Shown here piece by piece: positions 50,676 to 61,205 of a DNA stretch of 64,000 nt. This stretch comes from Anaerolineae bacterium. GTDB taxonomy: Bacteria > Chloroflexota > Anaerolineae > DRVO01. A program made the position numbers and the translations under genes. The first letter of the stretch is position 1; each line of letters begins with the position of its first letter. Below the pieces are notes generated by a model, which saw nothing but the letters and a program-made list of their open reading frames with translations, was not told the origin of the DNA and made no database searches. The stretch is taken from positions 553,279-617,278 of the forward strand of contig JAXGMM010000001.1 in assembly GCA_040768685.1 (NCBI GenBank), given 5' to 3'.

Positions 50676-52061
50676 TTGAAGGTTACTACCCAGCAGACGG
50701 AAGATTGCGTCACTAGCCTCACCATCGAAGTCGACGACGAGACGATGGCCGCCGCCAAGCGGAAGGCGGCTCAGGAAGCCTCGGGTCGTTTCCAGATACC
50801 CGGGTTCCGCAAGGGCAAGGCCCCGTATGACGTGATCGTCCGTCTGATGGGTGACGATTACCTCACCCACGAGGCGCTCGAGAACGTGGCTCCCGAGTTG
50901 GTGGCGAATGCCATCGAGGAGCAGGAGATCAAGCCTTACAGCCGACCGGAGCTAACCGAACTGGAGGCGCATCCCCCGCGCATCGTCGTCGCCATCCCGA
51001 CCGAGCCGGTGGTTGAGCTGGGAGACTACCGCTCTTGCAAGGTGGAGCGTCAGCCGGTGGAAGTGACTGAGGAGGCGCTGGAGGAGTACCTGCAGGAGCT
51101 TCGCCGCCAGCGCGGCCACCTTGAGCCCATCGAGCGCCCGTTGCAGGTGGGCGACATCATCAGCGGCCGGATGCTGATCCAAGTCGAAGATGGCCCCACC
51201 GATGACGATGAGAAGGCACGATTCCCGGTGCCCACGGCTGAAGAGGAGGGCGTTCCCGGACTCTCCGAGCACTTGGTGGGGGCCACCGTAGGCGATGTTG
51301 TCGAGTTCGACACCGTCTTCCCGGTGGATCACCCGAACGGCGAGGTCGCGGGCAAGAACGCCCACGTAACCGTGGAGCTCAACGAGACGCATACCCTGGT
51401 GCTGCCGGATCTGAACGACGAGTTCGCGATCATGATGGGCGACTACGACGACCTCGCCGCCCTGCGGCAGGAGATGCGCCAGCGGCTTGAGGTTCAGGCC
51501 AAGGAGAGCGCGGACGAGAAGGTGCGCCGGGACGCCGTCGAGGCGCTGGTGGCTGGGGCGAGCATCAAGTATCCCAAGGCGGCGGTCGAAGACGAACTGG
51601 ACCGGCTGATGGCTAACCTGGAGCAGAGGCTGCGCCAGCAGCGCATCAGCCTGGAGGCTTACTTCCAGGCTCTGAAGACGACACGAGAAGAAGTGCGTGA
51701 ACGGCAGCGCTCCGTGGCCGAGCAGAACGTGCGTGAGGGCCAGGCCCTGCGGAAGCTGATTGAGGCGGAGAAGATCGAAGCCACCGACGAGGAACTGACG
51801 GCGCGCATCAACCGCATGGCGCAGGACATCGGCGCCGCTGCCGGTGGGGCGGCAGATTACCTGCATAGCGCGGAGTTCCGCGCCCGGGTAGCCGCCAGCC
51901 TGATGATGGAACGCGGCATGCGTCGTCTGGTCAGCATCGTCACCGGTGAGCCCGAGCCTCCGGAGGAGGAATTGCCTCTCGAGGACATGCCGGCGCCTGC
52001 TGTCGAGGTGATCGAGGCCGCCGAAGGGGAGGACGGGACTTCAACTCCGAAGGAAGAGTAA
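50676..52061 (+). CDS. tig: trigger factor
   Basis: [21 protein letters not shown]-terminus, FRKGKAP ribosome-binding motif; ORF track start 50589 is upstream of the promoter so TTG 50676 preferred. Confidence 0.85.
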   Translation: MKVTTQQTEDCVTSLTIEVDDETMAAAKRKAAQEASGRFQIPGFRKGKAPYDVIVRLMGDDYLTHEALENVAPELVANAIEEQEIKPYSRPELTELEAHPPRIVVAIPTEPVVELGDYRSCKVERQPVEVTEEALEEYLQELRRQRGHLEPIERPLQVGDIISGRMLIQVEDGPTDDDEKARFPVPTAEEEGVPGLSEHLVGATVGDVVEFDTVFPVDHPNGEVAGKNAHVTVELNETHTLVLPDLNDEFAIMMGDYDDLAALRQEMRQRLEVQAKESADEKVRRDAVEALVAGASIKYPKAAVEDELDRLMANLEQRLRQQRISLEAYFQALKTTREEVRERQRSVAEQNVREGQALRKLIEAEKIEATDEELTARINRMAQDIGAAAGGAADYLHSAEFRARVAASLMMERGMRRLVSIVTGEPEPPEEELPLEDMPAPAVEVIEAAEGEDGTSTPKEE

Positions 52062-52063
52062 GC

Positions 52064-52711
52064 ATGAATAGCCTCATTCCCATGGTTATTGAGAGCACCG
52101 GTCGGGGCGAGCGCGCCTACGACATCTACTCGCTGTTACTGCGCGAACGTATCATCTTCCTGGGCACACCGATCAACGACCAGGTCTCGAACCTGGTTGT
52201 GGCGCAACTGCTTTACCTGGACCGGGAAGACCCGGAAAGGGAGATCTCGATCTACATCAACTCGCCTGGTGGAGAGATCTACCCCGGCTTGGCGATGTAC
52301 GACACCATGCAGATCATCGAGGCCCCGGTGAGCACCATCGCCGTGGGCTGGACGGCGAGCCTGGGCACGCTCATTCTCGCCGCGGGCACAAAAGGCCGCC
52401 GGTATGCTCTCCCCAACGCCACGGTGCACATGCACCCGGCGGGAGGCGGCGCGCGGGGCTACGCTCCGGACGTGGAGATCGCGGCCAAAGAACTGCTGCG
52501 GATGCAGGGCCGCCTTCACCAGATTCTGGCGAGGCACACCAAACAGACGGTGGAGCAGATCGCGCTGGACTTCCAGCGGGATCGGTTCATGTCGGCGGAC
52601 GAGGCCGTAGAGTACGGCCTTGTCGACCAGGTCCTGAGCGTCAACGACAAGAAGCTCGAGTTGCTCAACGCCGCGGGCGGCACGCCCTCGGAGGGTAAGG
52701 CGGATGGATAG
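52064..52711 (+). CDS. clpP: ATP-dependent Clp protease proteolytic subunit
   Basis: [10 protein letters not shown], catalytic Ser/His/Asp context ([13 protein letters not shown]). Confidence 0.9.
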   Translation: MNSLIPMVIESTGRGERAYDIYSLLLRERIIFLGTPINDQVSNLVVAQLLYLDREDPEREISIYINSPGGEIYPGLAMYDTMQIIEAPVSTIAVGWTASLGTLILAAGTKGRRYALPNATVHMHPAGGGARGYAPDVEIAAKELLRMQGRLHQILARHTKQTVEQIALDFQRDRFMSADEAVEYGLVDQVLSVNDKKLELLNAAGGTPSEGKADG

Positions 52712-53981
52712 CCCTCGGAGCATGCAGTTCTGCTCATTCTGCAGCCGGCGCCAGGACCAGGTGGGTCGGCTGATAGCCGGGCCGGACGGCGTCTTCATCT
52801 GCGACGAGTGCGTGGATCTGTGCCGGGATATCCTGGAGGAGGAGCGCGGCGCCAAGGTGCAGCCGGCGCCCACGAGCATGCAGTTGCCCTCGCCCAAGGA
52901 GCTGTACCGGCGAATCAACGAGTATGTCGTGGGTCAGGACCAGGCCAAGAAGGTCCTGTCCGTAGCGGTGTACAATCACTACAAGCGCATCAGCGACGAC
53001 CGCCCAGACGACGGTGTGGAGTTGCAGAAGAGCAACGTCCTCCTCATCGGCCCCACCGGCTGCGGCAAGACGCTCTTGGCGCAGACGCTGGCGCGAATCC
53101 TGAACGTGCCGTTTTGTATCGCCGACGCCACATCGCTGACCGAGGCCGGCTATGTGGGTGAGGACGTGGAGAACATCCTCCTGCGTCTCATCCAAGTGGC
53201 GGACTTCGACATAGCACGGGCGGAGAAGGGCATCGTCTACATCGACGAGATCGACAAGATCGCGCGGAAGGCGGGCGACAACCCTTCGATTACGCGCGAC
53301 GTTTCCGGCGAGGGTGTGCAGCAGGGCCTCCTCAAGATCATTGAGGGGACCCTGGCCAACGTCCCGCCCCAGGGCGGCCGCAAGCACCCGCATCAGGAAT
53401 TCCTGCAGATCAACACCGGCAAGATACTTTTCATAGTCGGGGGCGCCTTTGATACCCTCGACGAGATCGTGGCGCGGCGCGTAGGCGCCAAGGGACGCGT
53501 AGGCTTCCCCAAGGGCGAAGCAATGCGTCATAACCGCACCGCCGAGTTGGGCGAGCTCCTGCGCCAGGTGGCGCCCGATGACCTGCTCGAGTTCGGGCTG
53601 ATCCCCGAGTTCGTCGGGCGTCTGCCCGTCGTGGTGAGCGTCGATCCGCTCGACCGTGACACCCTCATCGAGATCCTCACCCAGCCGAAGGACGCGGTGC
53701 TGAAGCAGTACCAACGCCTTTTCGCCATGGACAACGTGGAGTTGGTGTTCACCGAGGATGCCCTCAGCGCCATCGCCGACAAGGCGCTGGGACGGAAGAC
53801 AGGCGCCCGCGGCCTACGCACCATCGTGGAAGAGATACTGCTGGATGTGATGTACGAGATCCCCTCCCGCAAGGACGTCCGCAAGTGCATCGTCAGCGGC
53901 GATACGGTACAGCTGGGCAATCCACCGCTCCTACTGACCCAGTCGGAGCGTCCGGTGGATTGGCTGGAGGAGATAGCTTAG
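52704..53981 (+). CDS. clpX: ATP-dependent Clp protease ATP-binding subunit ClpX
   Basis: zinc finger CSFCSRRQ...CDECVDLC, Walker [17 protein letters not shown]. Confidence 0.9.
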   Translation: MDSPRSMQFCSFCSRRQDQVGRLIAGPDGVFICDECVDLCRDILEEERGAKVQPAPTSMQLPSPKELYRRINEYVVGQDQAKKVLSVAVYNHYKRISDDRPDDGVELQKSNVLLIGPTGCGKTLLAQTLARILNVPFCIADATSLTEAGYVGEDVENILLRLIQVADFDIARAEKGIVYIDEIDKIARKAGDNPSITRDVSGEGVQQGLLKIIEGTLANVPPQGGRKHPHQEFLQINTGKILFIVGGAFDTLDEIVARRVGAKGRVGFPKGEAMRHNRTAELGELLRQVAPDDLLEFGLIPEFVGRLPVVVSVDPLDRDTLIEILTQPKDAVLKQYQRLFAMDNVELVFTEDALSAIADKALGRKTGARGLRTIVEEILLDVMYEIPSRKDVRKCIVSGDTVQLGNPPLLLTQSERPVDWLEEIA

Positions 53982-54089
53982 GCTGGTCTCCCATTTGAGG
54001 CATGTAGCAGGTTCGTTCCGGGGCGCGGGGTCTCTCCCGCGCCCTTTGACTTGTGCCCGCCCTCGAGGCGGAGAGCGTAGGAGGGTACC

Positions 54090-55145
54090 GTGAACGCGAG
54101 AGAGCGCTTCCTGGCGGTGTTGGACGGGGTGCAGCCGGACCGGGTCCCTACCTTTGAGATTCTCATCCATCCAACGGTGGTGAAGGGGCTGTGCCCCGGA
54201 GGAAGCTACGCCGACTTCGTGGAAGCGATGGACATTGAGGGCGCCATCACGGGGACGCCATCGTCGCTGTACGCCAAGACGGTGGTGGACGCGGATAGGC
54301 ACATCGTGCGGGACGAGTGGGGCGTCACCCGCGGAGTGGGGACGGAGGTGGTGCCCATGCCCATGGGCGGCCCCATCGAGACCATAGACGACCTGCACGG
54401 CTACCGCGCCCCCGATCCCTGGTCCCCGGGGCGGTTGCGCCAGCTGGAGGAGTTGGCGGCCCGCTTTCGCGGCCAGCGTGCCCTGGGCGTCCATCTGCAC
54501 GACTCCTTCAGCTACCCGACCTATCTGATGGGCATGGACAAGCTGCTGATGGCGTTCCACCTGGACCCTGACCTGGTCCGGGCATTGGTCGACCTGTCTA
54601 TCGAGCACACACTGGGGATGATCGAGCATGCGTCCAAGTTGGGCGCCGACTTCGTGCTCTTCGGCGACGACTACGCCGCTACCTCCGGCCCGCTGATGAG
54701 CCCCAACACCTTTGAGGAGTTTCTGCTTCCCGGGCTACGCACGGTGGTGCGGGCGGCCAAGGAGCGGGGATTGCGGGTGATCAAGCACACCTGCGGCCGC
54801 ATCACGCCGCTGCTGGATATGATCGTGGACACGGGGATCAACGCCCTCCATCCGTTGGACGCGGCGGCGGGGATGGATATGGCGGCGGTGAAGCGAGAGT
54901 ACGGTGGACGCATCGCCGTATGCGGGGGCATCAACTGCGGCGAGGTGCTTAGCGACTGGACGCCCGAGCAGGTCCGGACCGAGGTGCGACGTCGCCTGGA
55001 GGAACTGATGCCGGGCGGCGGCTACATCCTGTGCTCGAGCAACTCCATCCACTCGCGCGTGCGCCCGGAGAACTACGGCGCCATGATCGAGGCGCTACAC
55101 GAGCACGGCGTCTATCCAGACCGATTGGCCCGCCCTTCCCAATAG
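54090..55145 (+). CDS. URO-D family protein (MtaA/CmuA-like)
   Basis: MNARERFLAVLDGVQPDRVPTFE N-terminus, IKHTCGRITPLLDMIVDTGINALHPLD, GGYILCSSNSIH C-terminus. Confidence 0.7.
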   Translation: MNARERFLAVLDGVQPDRVPTFEILIHPTVVKGLCPGGSYADFVEAMDIEGAITGTPSSLYAKTVVDADRHIVRDEWGVTRGVGTEVVPMPMGGPIETIDDLHGYRAPDPWSPGRLRQLEELAARFRGQRALGVHLHDSFSYPTYLMGMDKLLMAFHLDPDLVRALVDLSIEHTLGMIEHASKLGADFVLFGDDYAATSGPLMSPNTFEEFLLPGLRTVVRAAKERGLRVIKHTCGRITPLLDMIVDTGINALHPLDAAAGMDMAAVKREYGGRIAVCGGINCGEVLSDWTPEQVRTEVRRRLEELMPGGGYILCSSNSIHSRVRPENYGAMIEALHEHGVYPDRLARPSQ

Positions 55146-55166
55146 GGGCAAGGGACGGCGTCGGGC

Positions 55167-55303
55167 CGAGGTCCGCCGCTGGAGGCGCTGCGCGCCGGGG
55201 CGCGTGGTGCGGTAGGCTCTCTTGGCCGCGGTCCCCAAGGCGATGGGCGTTCGGGTTGGGGAGGCGGCGGATCGAGGTCCGCCGCTGGAGGCGCTGCGCG
55301 CCG
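55167..55303 (+). repeat. two identical 31-bp direct repeats in operon leader
   Basis: CGAGGTCCGCCGCTGGAGGCGCTGCGCGCCG at 55167-55197 and 55273-55303; contains palindrome GGCGCTGCGCGCC. Confidence 0.55.
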
Positions 55304-55327
55304 AATGAGTATGCAGGCTTCCAGCGG

Positions 55328-55356
55328 TTGACATGTCCGGTGATCCGATGCATAAC
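55328..55356 (+). promoter_or_regulatory. candidate promoter downstream of the direct repeats
   Basis: TTGACA-17nt-CATAAC; weak -10. Confidence 0.3.
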
Positions 55357-55421
55357 CGCGACATCGCGCTCCTGGGGGTTGGGCAGCGCCTGCGACCCCG
55401 GCGAGCAGCAGTGGAGGCACC

Positions 55422-56414
55422 ATGGCTGACAAGGTTCGCATAGGGTTCATCGGTTCCGGCGGCATCGCCATCGGGCATGCCATGCGGCTGCACGAGAGCG
55501 CCCTGGCGGAAGTTGTGGCGCTCGCCGATCCCAGCGAGGCTAGCTTGAACCGGATGAAGGAGTGGCGGCCGGAACTGGCGGGCGTGGCCACCTTCGTCGA
55601 CTATCGGGAGATGCTGGACAAGGCCAATCTGGATGCCGTCCAGATTCACTCGCCCCACTGCTATCATGCCCAGCAGATGATCGACTCACTGGACGCCGGC
55701 AAGCACGTCCTCTGCGAAAAGCCGATGACCTCGACGGTAGAGGACGCTCGGAGAGTCATCGCCAAGCGCGATGAGACGGGGAAGATCCTGGTGATCTCGT
55801 ATCAGCGGCACTACGAGGGCACCTACCGCCTTATCCGGCAGATGGCACAGGGCGGCGAACTGGGCAAACTCCAGATGGTGGCGCTGATTCTCAGCCAGGA
55901 GTGGCTGAACGCCACCCGAGGCAAGTGGCGCCAGAGCATGAAGCTATCATGCGGCGGTCAGCTCAACGACTCCGGCAGCCACTTGGTCGACATGATGCTG
56001 TGGACCACCGGCCTGCAGCCGGAGCGCGTCTTCGCCGAGATCAACTACTTCGATGCCGAGGTGGACATCGACAGCGCCATCTCGGCACGGTTCGCCGGCG
56101 GCGCGCTGGGCAACGTGACTATCATGGGCGGCTCGCCTACGCCTTTCTGGGAGTTTTTCGGCGTTTGGGGCTCCACGGGAGCGGTCATCTACGACCGCAT
56201 CAACGGCCTGCAGGTCCTTCGCGAAGGGAAGGAGACGGTGAGGCCGGAACTGCCTCCCTCGGCGGGAGACCCGGACACCAACTTCGTTCGCGCCATACTG
56301 GGGCTGGAAGAGCCGGGCGTGCCTGCCGAGTGTGGGTTGCGAGTCAGCGAGTTTACTGAAGCGGCCTGGCGCTCGCAGAAGAGCGGGCTTCCCGTGCGCG
56401 TGCGGGACATGTGA
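55422..56414 (+). CDS. Gfo/Idh/MocA family oxidoreductase
   Basis: MADKVRIGFIGSGGIAIGHAMRL Rossmann N-terminus, CEKPMT. Confidence 0.85.
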   Translation: MADKVRIGFIGSGGIAIGHAMRLHESALAEVVALADPSEASLNRMKEWRPELAGVATFVDYREMLDKANLDAVQIHSPHCYHAQQMIDSLDAGKHVLCEKPMTSTVEDARRVIAKRDETGKILVISYQRHYEGTYRLIRQMAQGGELGKLQMVALILSQEWLNATRGKWRQSMKLSCGGQLNDSGSHLVDMMLWTTGLQPERVFAEINYFDAEVDIDSAISARFAGGALGNVTIMGGSPTPFWEFFGVWGSTGAVIYDRINGLQVLREGKETVRPELPPSAGDPDTNFVRAILGLEEPGVPAECGLRVSEFTEAAWRSQKSGLPVRVRDM

Positions 56415-57397
56415 TGACCCGGCTGGCCATCCTCACCAGCGGGGGGGACTCCCCGGGGACCAACGCCGCCATCGAGGCGGTGGTCCGGCACGCCCGGCGG
56501 CAGGGCGCCGAGGTGCTCGGCGTCCGCCGGGGCTTCGTGGGCCTCGCTGCCGGCGACCTCTTCCCGCTGACCGTTGAGGATGTGGACGGCATCGCAGCCC
56601 GCGGCGGCACGGTTCTGGGCACGTCGCGGGACCGCGCCGTCGGGGAGGCCGACGGTCAAGAGCGTATGCGGGCGGTGGTGCGGAGCGAGTCCATCGACGG
56701 CATCATCGTCGTCGGCGGCGACGGAAGCATTCGCTACGGCGCCACCGCCCTGAGCGACATGGGGACGGCTTGCGTCGCCATCCCCTGCACCATCGATAAC
56801 GATGTACCGGAGACGGAGCGCACGCTTGGGTTCGACACGGCCTGCAACCGGGCCATTGGGCTGGCGGACGGTATCCGGGACACGGCCCAGGCTCTGCACG
56901 GCCGCATGTTCGTCCTGGAGACGCTGGGTGGGAGCACCGGGCACATCGCCGTGGCCGTGGCGGAGGCGGTGCATGCCGACTTAGTGCTCGTGCCCGAGGT
57001 CACCCTGGACCTGGACTACGGCGCGGCCCGCATGGCGGCGGCGGTCGCGCGCCAGGGGTATGCCCTGGCGGTGGCCTCCGAGGGCGCCGGCGACGTTCAT
57101 GCTATGGCTGCCTACCTAGGGGAGGCCGCCGGTCATCGGGTGCGTTTGACCACGCTCGGCCACGCGCAGCGAGGGGGGGCGCCAGGCTACCTGGATCGAT
57201 GGCTGGCGGAGCGATTCGCACTGTTGGCTGTGGAGCGTCTGTTGGCGGGTCGGGGAGGCTGCATGACGGCCTGCCACGGATTGCGAGTGGAGGCCGTACC
57301 GCTCGCCAAGGTCGCCGCCGGGCAACGGAAGCTGGATCTCATCACGTACCGGGACATCAACGGCCTGCCGCCGGAAGGTTCGACTGACGGGCACTAG
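56411..57397 (+). CDS. PFK-family (PfkA-like) sugar-phosphate kinase with non-canonical substrate motif
   Basis: GGDSPGTNAAI, GGDGS, PCTIDNDVPETERTLGFDTA, LGHAQRGGAPG conserved; canonical MGR replaced by LETLGGSTGH; GTGA/ATGA overlap with upstream gene. Confidence 0.8.
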   Translation: MMTRLAILTSGGDSPGTNAAIEAVVRHARRQGAEVLGVRRGFVGLAAGDLFPLTVEDVDGIAARGGTVLGTSRDRAVGEADGQERMRAVVRSESIDGIIVVGGDGSIRYGATALSDMGTACVAIPCTIDNDVPETERTLGFDTACNRAIGLADGIRDTAQALHGRMFVLETLGGSTGHIAVAVAEAVHADLVLVPEVTLDLDYGAARMAAAVARQGYALAVASEGAGDVHAMAAYLGEAAGHRVRLTTLGHAQRGGAPGYLDRWLAERFALLAVERLLAGRGGCMTACHGLRVEAVPLAKVAAGQRKLDLITYRDINGLPPEGSTDGH

Positions 57398-57509
57398 TTG
57401 CCCGCTTCACGATTTGACAAGCCGGTTCGGCCGGTATCATAGTGAAACCTGTCCTCGGGGGGTGGCGTTTCGCGTCGCCCGCATCGACAGAAAGCGAGAG
57501 GGGAGCTTG

Positions 57510-58832
57510 ATGAACGAGCAGGGGAAGAGAGTACTGATCCTCGGTGGAAGCTATGGAGGGCTGTACTGCGCTGAGTTCCTGCACGACTTGGCGAAGAAGA
57601 GCAGTGCTCCGAAGCCCAGAATCACCGTCATCGATCGCAAGAACTACGTCCTGTACCACGCGTTTCTGGCCGAACTGGTGAGCAACCAGGTGAACCCGCT
57701 CAGCATCGCACCTTCGATCCGGCGAGTGTTGGCCAAGAGAGACGTGGAGTTCATTCAGGCCGAGATCCTCGAGATCGACCTCGAGAACAAGCGGGCCGTC
57801 ACCGATAACGGCACCTACGAGGGCGACGTGCTGGTTCTGGCTTTGGGCGGCGTCACCGGCTACTTCGGCAACGCCGACTTCGAGAAGTACGGTTACCCCT
57901 GCAAGGAGATGGAGGACGGCCTTCGTCTGCGCAATCACATCATCGAGTGCCTCGAACTGGCCGATCGTTCCCGTGACCAAGAGGAACGGCGCCGGCTCTT
58001 GACCTTCGTGCAAGCGGGCGCCGGCGCCACCGGGCTGGAGGTGCTCACCGAGGCCGCCGACTACATGCGCAAGGTGTGCGGCAAGTTCTACAAGTCGCTC
58101 AACTACCGGCGCGACGTCCGCCTCATCCTGGCGGAGGGTATGGAGCGAGTCCTCTGCACGCTGGACCCGGAGATGTCCGCGGAGGCAGACCAGAGGATTC
58201 GGAAGCTGGGGATCGAGGTGCACTGCGGCACCTTCGTCACCGGCGCGGGCGACGGGTATGTGGACCTGAAGAGCGGCGGCGAGGTGACCCGCGTCCCTAC
58301 GGACACCCTCATCTGGGTGACGGGTATTCTGGCGAGCCCACTGATCGCTAAGCTGCCGGTGGAACACGACAAGATGGGCCGGGTGAAGGTCGACAAGCTG
58401 TTCCAGGTCGCCGGTTACCCCGACGTGTATGCGGTGGGCGATAATGCCCACGTTCCCGACGAGAGCGGCACTGCCCCGCTGGGCACGACCGCCCAGGTCG
58501 CCGTTCAGGCCGGGCCGGCGCTGGCCCGCAACCTCCTGGCCAAGTGGGAAGGCCGCGAGATGACGCCCTTCAAGTACTGGAACCGCGGCGAGATGGTGAG
58601 CGTCGGCACGCTGGATGCAGTGTGCTCGCCTTTCGGCAAGAAGGTCTATGGCCCTCTCGCGTGGATGCTGTACAAGTACGTCCACTTCAGCAAGATGCCC
58701 ACCTGGCACGCCCGTCTTCGCACCATGTCGGACTGGCTGCTTAACTGGACCAGCGGCCCGAACATCTGCACCGTGGACTACCGCGGCTGGATGCAGGACA
58801 AGAGGGAACGTCAGGAGTACATGAAGCAGTAG
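57510..58832 (+). CDS. type II NADH dehydrogenase / FAD-dependent pyridine nucleotide-disulfide oxidoreductase
   Basis: two dinucleotide folds VLILGGSYGGLY and VQAGAGATGLEV; start at internal ATG 57510. Confidence 0.75.
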   Translation: MNEQGKRVLILGGSYGGLYCAEFLHDLAKKSSAPKPRITVIDRKNYVLYHAFLAELVSNQVNPLSIAPSIRRVLAKRDVEFIQAEILEIDLENKRAVTDNGTYEGDVLVLALGGVTGYFGNADFEKYGYPCKEMEDGLRLRNHIIECLELADRSRDQEERRRLLTFVQAGAGATGLEVLTEAADYMRKVCGKFYKSLNYRRDVRLILAEGMERVLCTLDPEMSAEADQRIRKLGIEVHCGTFVTGAGDGYVDLKSGGEVTRVPTDTLIWVTGILASPLIAKLPVEHDKMGRVKVDKLFQVAGYPDVYAVGDNAHVPDESGTAPLGTTAQVAVQAGPALARNLLAKWEGREMTPFKYWNRGEMVSVGTLDAVCSPFGKKVYGPLAWMLYKYVHFSKMPTWHARLRTMSDWLLNWTSGPNICTVDYRGWMQDKRERQEYMKQ

Positions 58833-58866
58833 CGCGTGGCCGGCCGCAGGCCACATCTGCCAGCGT

Positions 58867-58908
58867 GACGGGCGCCGGTGGGAGACCACCGGCGCCCGTC
58901 TTTCGTCG
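58867..58908 (+). terminator. rho-independent terminator
   Basis: GACGGGCGCCGGTGG-gaga-CCACCGGCGCCCGTC perfect 15-bp stem then TTTCGTCGCT. Confidence 0.65.
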
Positions 58909-59109
58909 CTCTGGTGAGATCGATGGGGCCGAGATTTCGAACAGGCATTGCATCTGCGCCAGGTGTCGACTAGACTCGAGGCACCTGAGCCGGACGAGGG
59001 GGACCGGTACGGACAGCGGAGGCATCGCCGACCGCCCACTCCCGCGCGAGGTCCGGGCCTGTGGGCCGTATGCTCCTCGCCGTGAGCAAGCATAGTCTCG
59101 AGGAGGGCA

Positions 59110-61086
59110 GTGATGTTGGATCGAGTGAACCGACGAGGGTTCCTGCGGGTGACGGCGATGGCAACGGCCATGGGGGCGGTTGCTGCCTGCGGCGGAGGCC
59201 CCGCCCCGACCCAAGCACCAGCCGAGCCGGCGGCTACTACGGCGCCGGCAGCCACAGCCGCGCCCGTTGAGACCGCGGCCAAGTACGCAGAGTCGCCCAC
59301 ACTGGCAGATCAGGTCGCCGCCGGCACGCTCCCGCCGGTGGCGGAGCGGCTGCCGCTGGAGCCGCTGGTTGTCCAGGCGGTGGATCGCCCCGGCGAGTAT
59401 TGCGGGGACCTGCATCGGGTGCTGACGGGCCCGACCGACATGGGCGGCTACACGTGTATGATGCGCGAGAGTTTCGCCGGATGGGACTTCCGCAGCGGCA
59501 GCATTGAAGTGATCCCCAACATGGCCACGGGTTGGGACGTCAGCGAAGACACCAAGGTGTATACCTTCCACATGCGCAAGGGCATGCGATGGTCGGATGG
59601 CGAGCCGTTCACTGCGGACGACTTGGTCTTCTGGTACCAGGATATTGCCCTGAACAGCGAGCTGACCCCATCGTTCCCGGCCTGGCTGAAGGTGGGCGGG
59701 GAGCCGGTGGTGGTGGAGAAGGTCGACGACTACACGGTGAAGTTCACCTTCGCGGCTGCCTACGGCATCCTCTTGGAGTACTTGGCTTTCCGCGGTGAGG
59801 CCCTGATGGCCCCCAAGCACTACCTGAGCCAGTTCCACCCCACCTACGCCGACGCGGACGAGTTGGCGGCCAAGATCAAGGACGCCGGCTTCGAGCACTG
59901 GTACGAGCTGTTCGCCAACCGCAACTCCTATACCACCAATCCTGATCTGCCGGTGCTGTGGAGCTGGAAGGTGGAGACGCCCTTCCCAGGGCAGCGGATG
60001 GTGTCGGTGCGGAACCCCTACTACTGGAAGGTAGACAGCAACGGCAAGCAGCTCCCGTATTTCGACCGACTGGTCAACGACCTGGCCGAGAACAACGAAG
60101 TCATCATGATGAAGACCATCGCCGGTGAAGTCGACTACCAGTACCGGCACATGGGCTTTGCCAACTACTCCCTGATGATGGAGAACGAGGAAGGCGGCGA
60201 CTACAAGGTCCTTGAATGGATCGGCGGGCCGTTCCCCTGTGTGTACGTGAATCAGAGCTACGGCGACCTGCCCGTCCGCGAGTTGCTACAGACCACCGAG
60301 TTCCGCCACGCGCTTTCCTACGGCATCAACCGCGATGAAATGAACGACCTCTTCTGGTACGGCCTGGCTGTTCCGGGGAATCCGGTGGCCGGCTCGCGCG
60401 ACCCGTACTGGGAAGAGGGCTTCGGCACGACGGCGATCGAGTTCAACCCGGAGAAGGCCAACGAGCTGTTGGACAGCATAGGGCTGGACAAGAAGGATGT
60501 GGACGGTTTCCGGTTACGTCCCGACGGCGAGCGGCTCACCCTGTTACTGGAGTGCTACCCCAGCGAGGGGGGCGTGCCCGCAATTGACGTCTTCAGCCAG
60601 GTCGCCATGTACTGGCAGGAGCTCGGAATCGATGCGCAGGCCAAGGAGATCGAGCGGTCTCTCTGGACGCAGCGGGCACTGGCCAATGAGCTAATGATGC
60701 CTTCGTACGATATCGCCAAGGTCCTCTGGGTGATAGACCCGGTGTGGTTCGTGCCGTACGGCACCTGCTACTGGGCAATGGCATATGCTCAGTGGGCGAC
60801 CAGCGACGGCACAGCGGGCGAGGAGCCTCCGGAGGACATCAAGCAGATCATCCAGTGGTATGAGGCCATGCGCTCCGAAGGCGATGCCGCCAAGCGGTTG
60901 GAGCTCGGCCGGAACATCCTCCGGCGGCACCACGAGGAGGTGTACGTCATCGGCACGTGCACTATCGATCTGCAGCCGTTCATCAAGAAGAACGATCTGG
61001 TGAATGTTATCGAACACGCCGTGGCCGAGAACCGGACCAATCACGAGCAGATCAGCTGGCCGTGGCAGGTTTGGCGCCCGGCTTAG
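59110..61086 (+). CDS. ABC transporter substrate-binding protein, family 5, Tat signal lipoprotein
   Basis: MLDRVNRRGFLRVTAMATAMGAVAAC twin-arginine + lipobox; 658 aa. Confidence 0.85.
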   Translation: MMLDRVNRRGFLRVTAMATAMGAVAACGGGPAPTQAPAEPAATTAPAATAAPVETAAKYAESPTLADQVAAGTLPPVAERLPLEPLVVQAVDRPGEYCGDLHRVLTGPTDMGGYTCMMRESFAGWDFRSGSIEVIPNMATGWDVSEDTKVYTFHMRKGMRWSDGEPFTADDLVFWYQDIALNSELTPSFPAWLKVGGEPVVVEKVDDYTVKFTFAAAYGILLEYLAFRGEALMAPKHYLSQFHPTYADADELAAKIKDAGFEHWYELFANRNSYTTNPDLPVLWSWKVETPFPGQRMVSVRNPYYWKVDSNGKQLPYFDRLVNDLAENNEVIMMKTIAGEVDYQYRHMGFANYSLMMENEEGGDYKVLEWIGGPFPCVYVNQSYGDLPVRELLQTTEFRHALSYGINRDEMNDLFWYGLAVPGNPVAGSRDPYWEEGFGTTAIEFNPEKANELLDSIGLDKKDVDGFRLRPDGERLTLLLECYPSEGGVPAIDVFSQVAMYWQELGIDAQAKEIERSLWTQRALANELMMPSYDIAKVLWVIDPVWFVPYGTCYWAMAYAQWATSDGTAGEEPPEDIKQIIQWYEAMRSEGDAAKRLELGRNILRRHHEEVYVIGTCTIDLQPFIKKNDLVNVIEHAVAENRTNHEQISWPWQVWRPA

Positions 61087-61100
61087 TGCGCGGGCGACTC

Positions 61101-61136
61101 GAGAGGGGCGGCACAGTCCGCCCCTCTTCCGTTTCC
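61101..61136 (+). terminator. rho-independent terminator
   Basis: GAGAGGGGCGG-cacagt-CCGCCCCTCTTC then CGTTTCC. Confidence 0.55.
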
Positions 61137-61205
61137 GATGTCCGTGCCGGTCTCTTTAGTAGTTCCGAGCACACTGACCGCGCGGCGCGAAGTGAGGTGC
61201 AGGGA

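Noticed and set aside
50409-50870. 153-aa minus-strand ORF overlapping the tig start
   Set aside because: It covers the tig promoter, SD and N-terminus. tig has a textbook TTGTGG-18-TATAAT promoter and SD on the other strand, and no domain was recognised in the minus ORF.
56411-57397. Calling the PFK-family gene plain pfkA (6-phosphofructokinase)
   Set aside because: The fructose-6-phosphate-binding MGR motif is LGG here and the gene is coupled to a Gfo/Idh/MocA dehydrogenase, so a confident pfkA symbol is not justified. It is reported as a PFK-family kinase instead.
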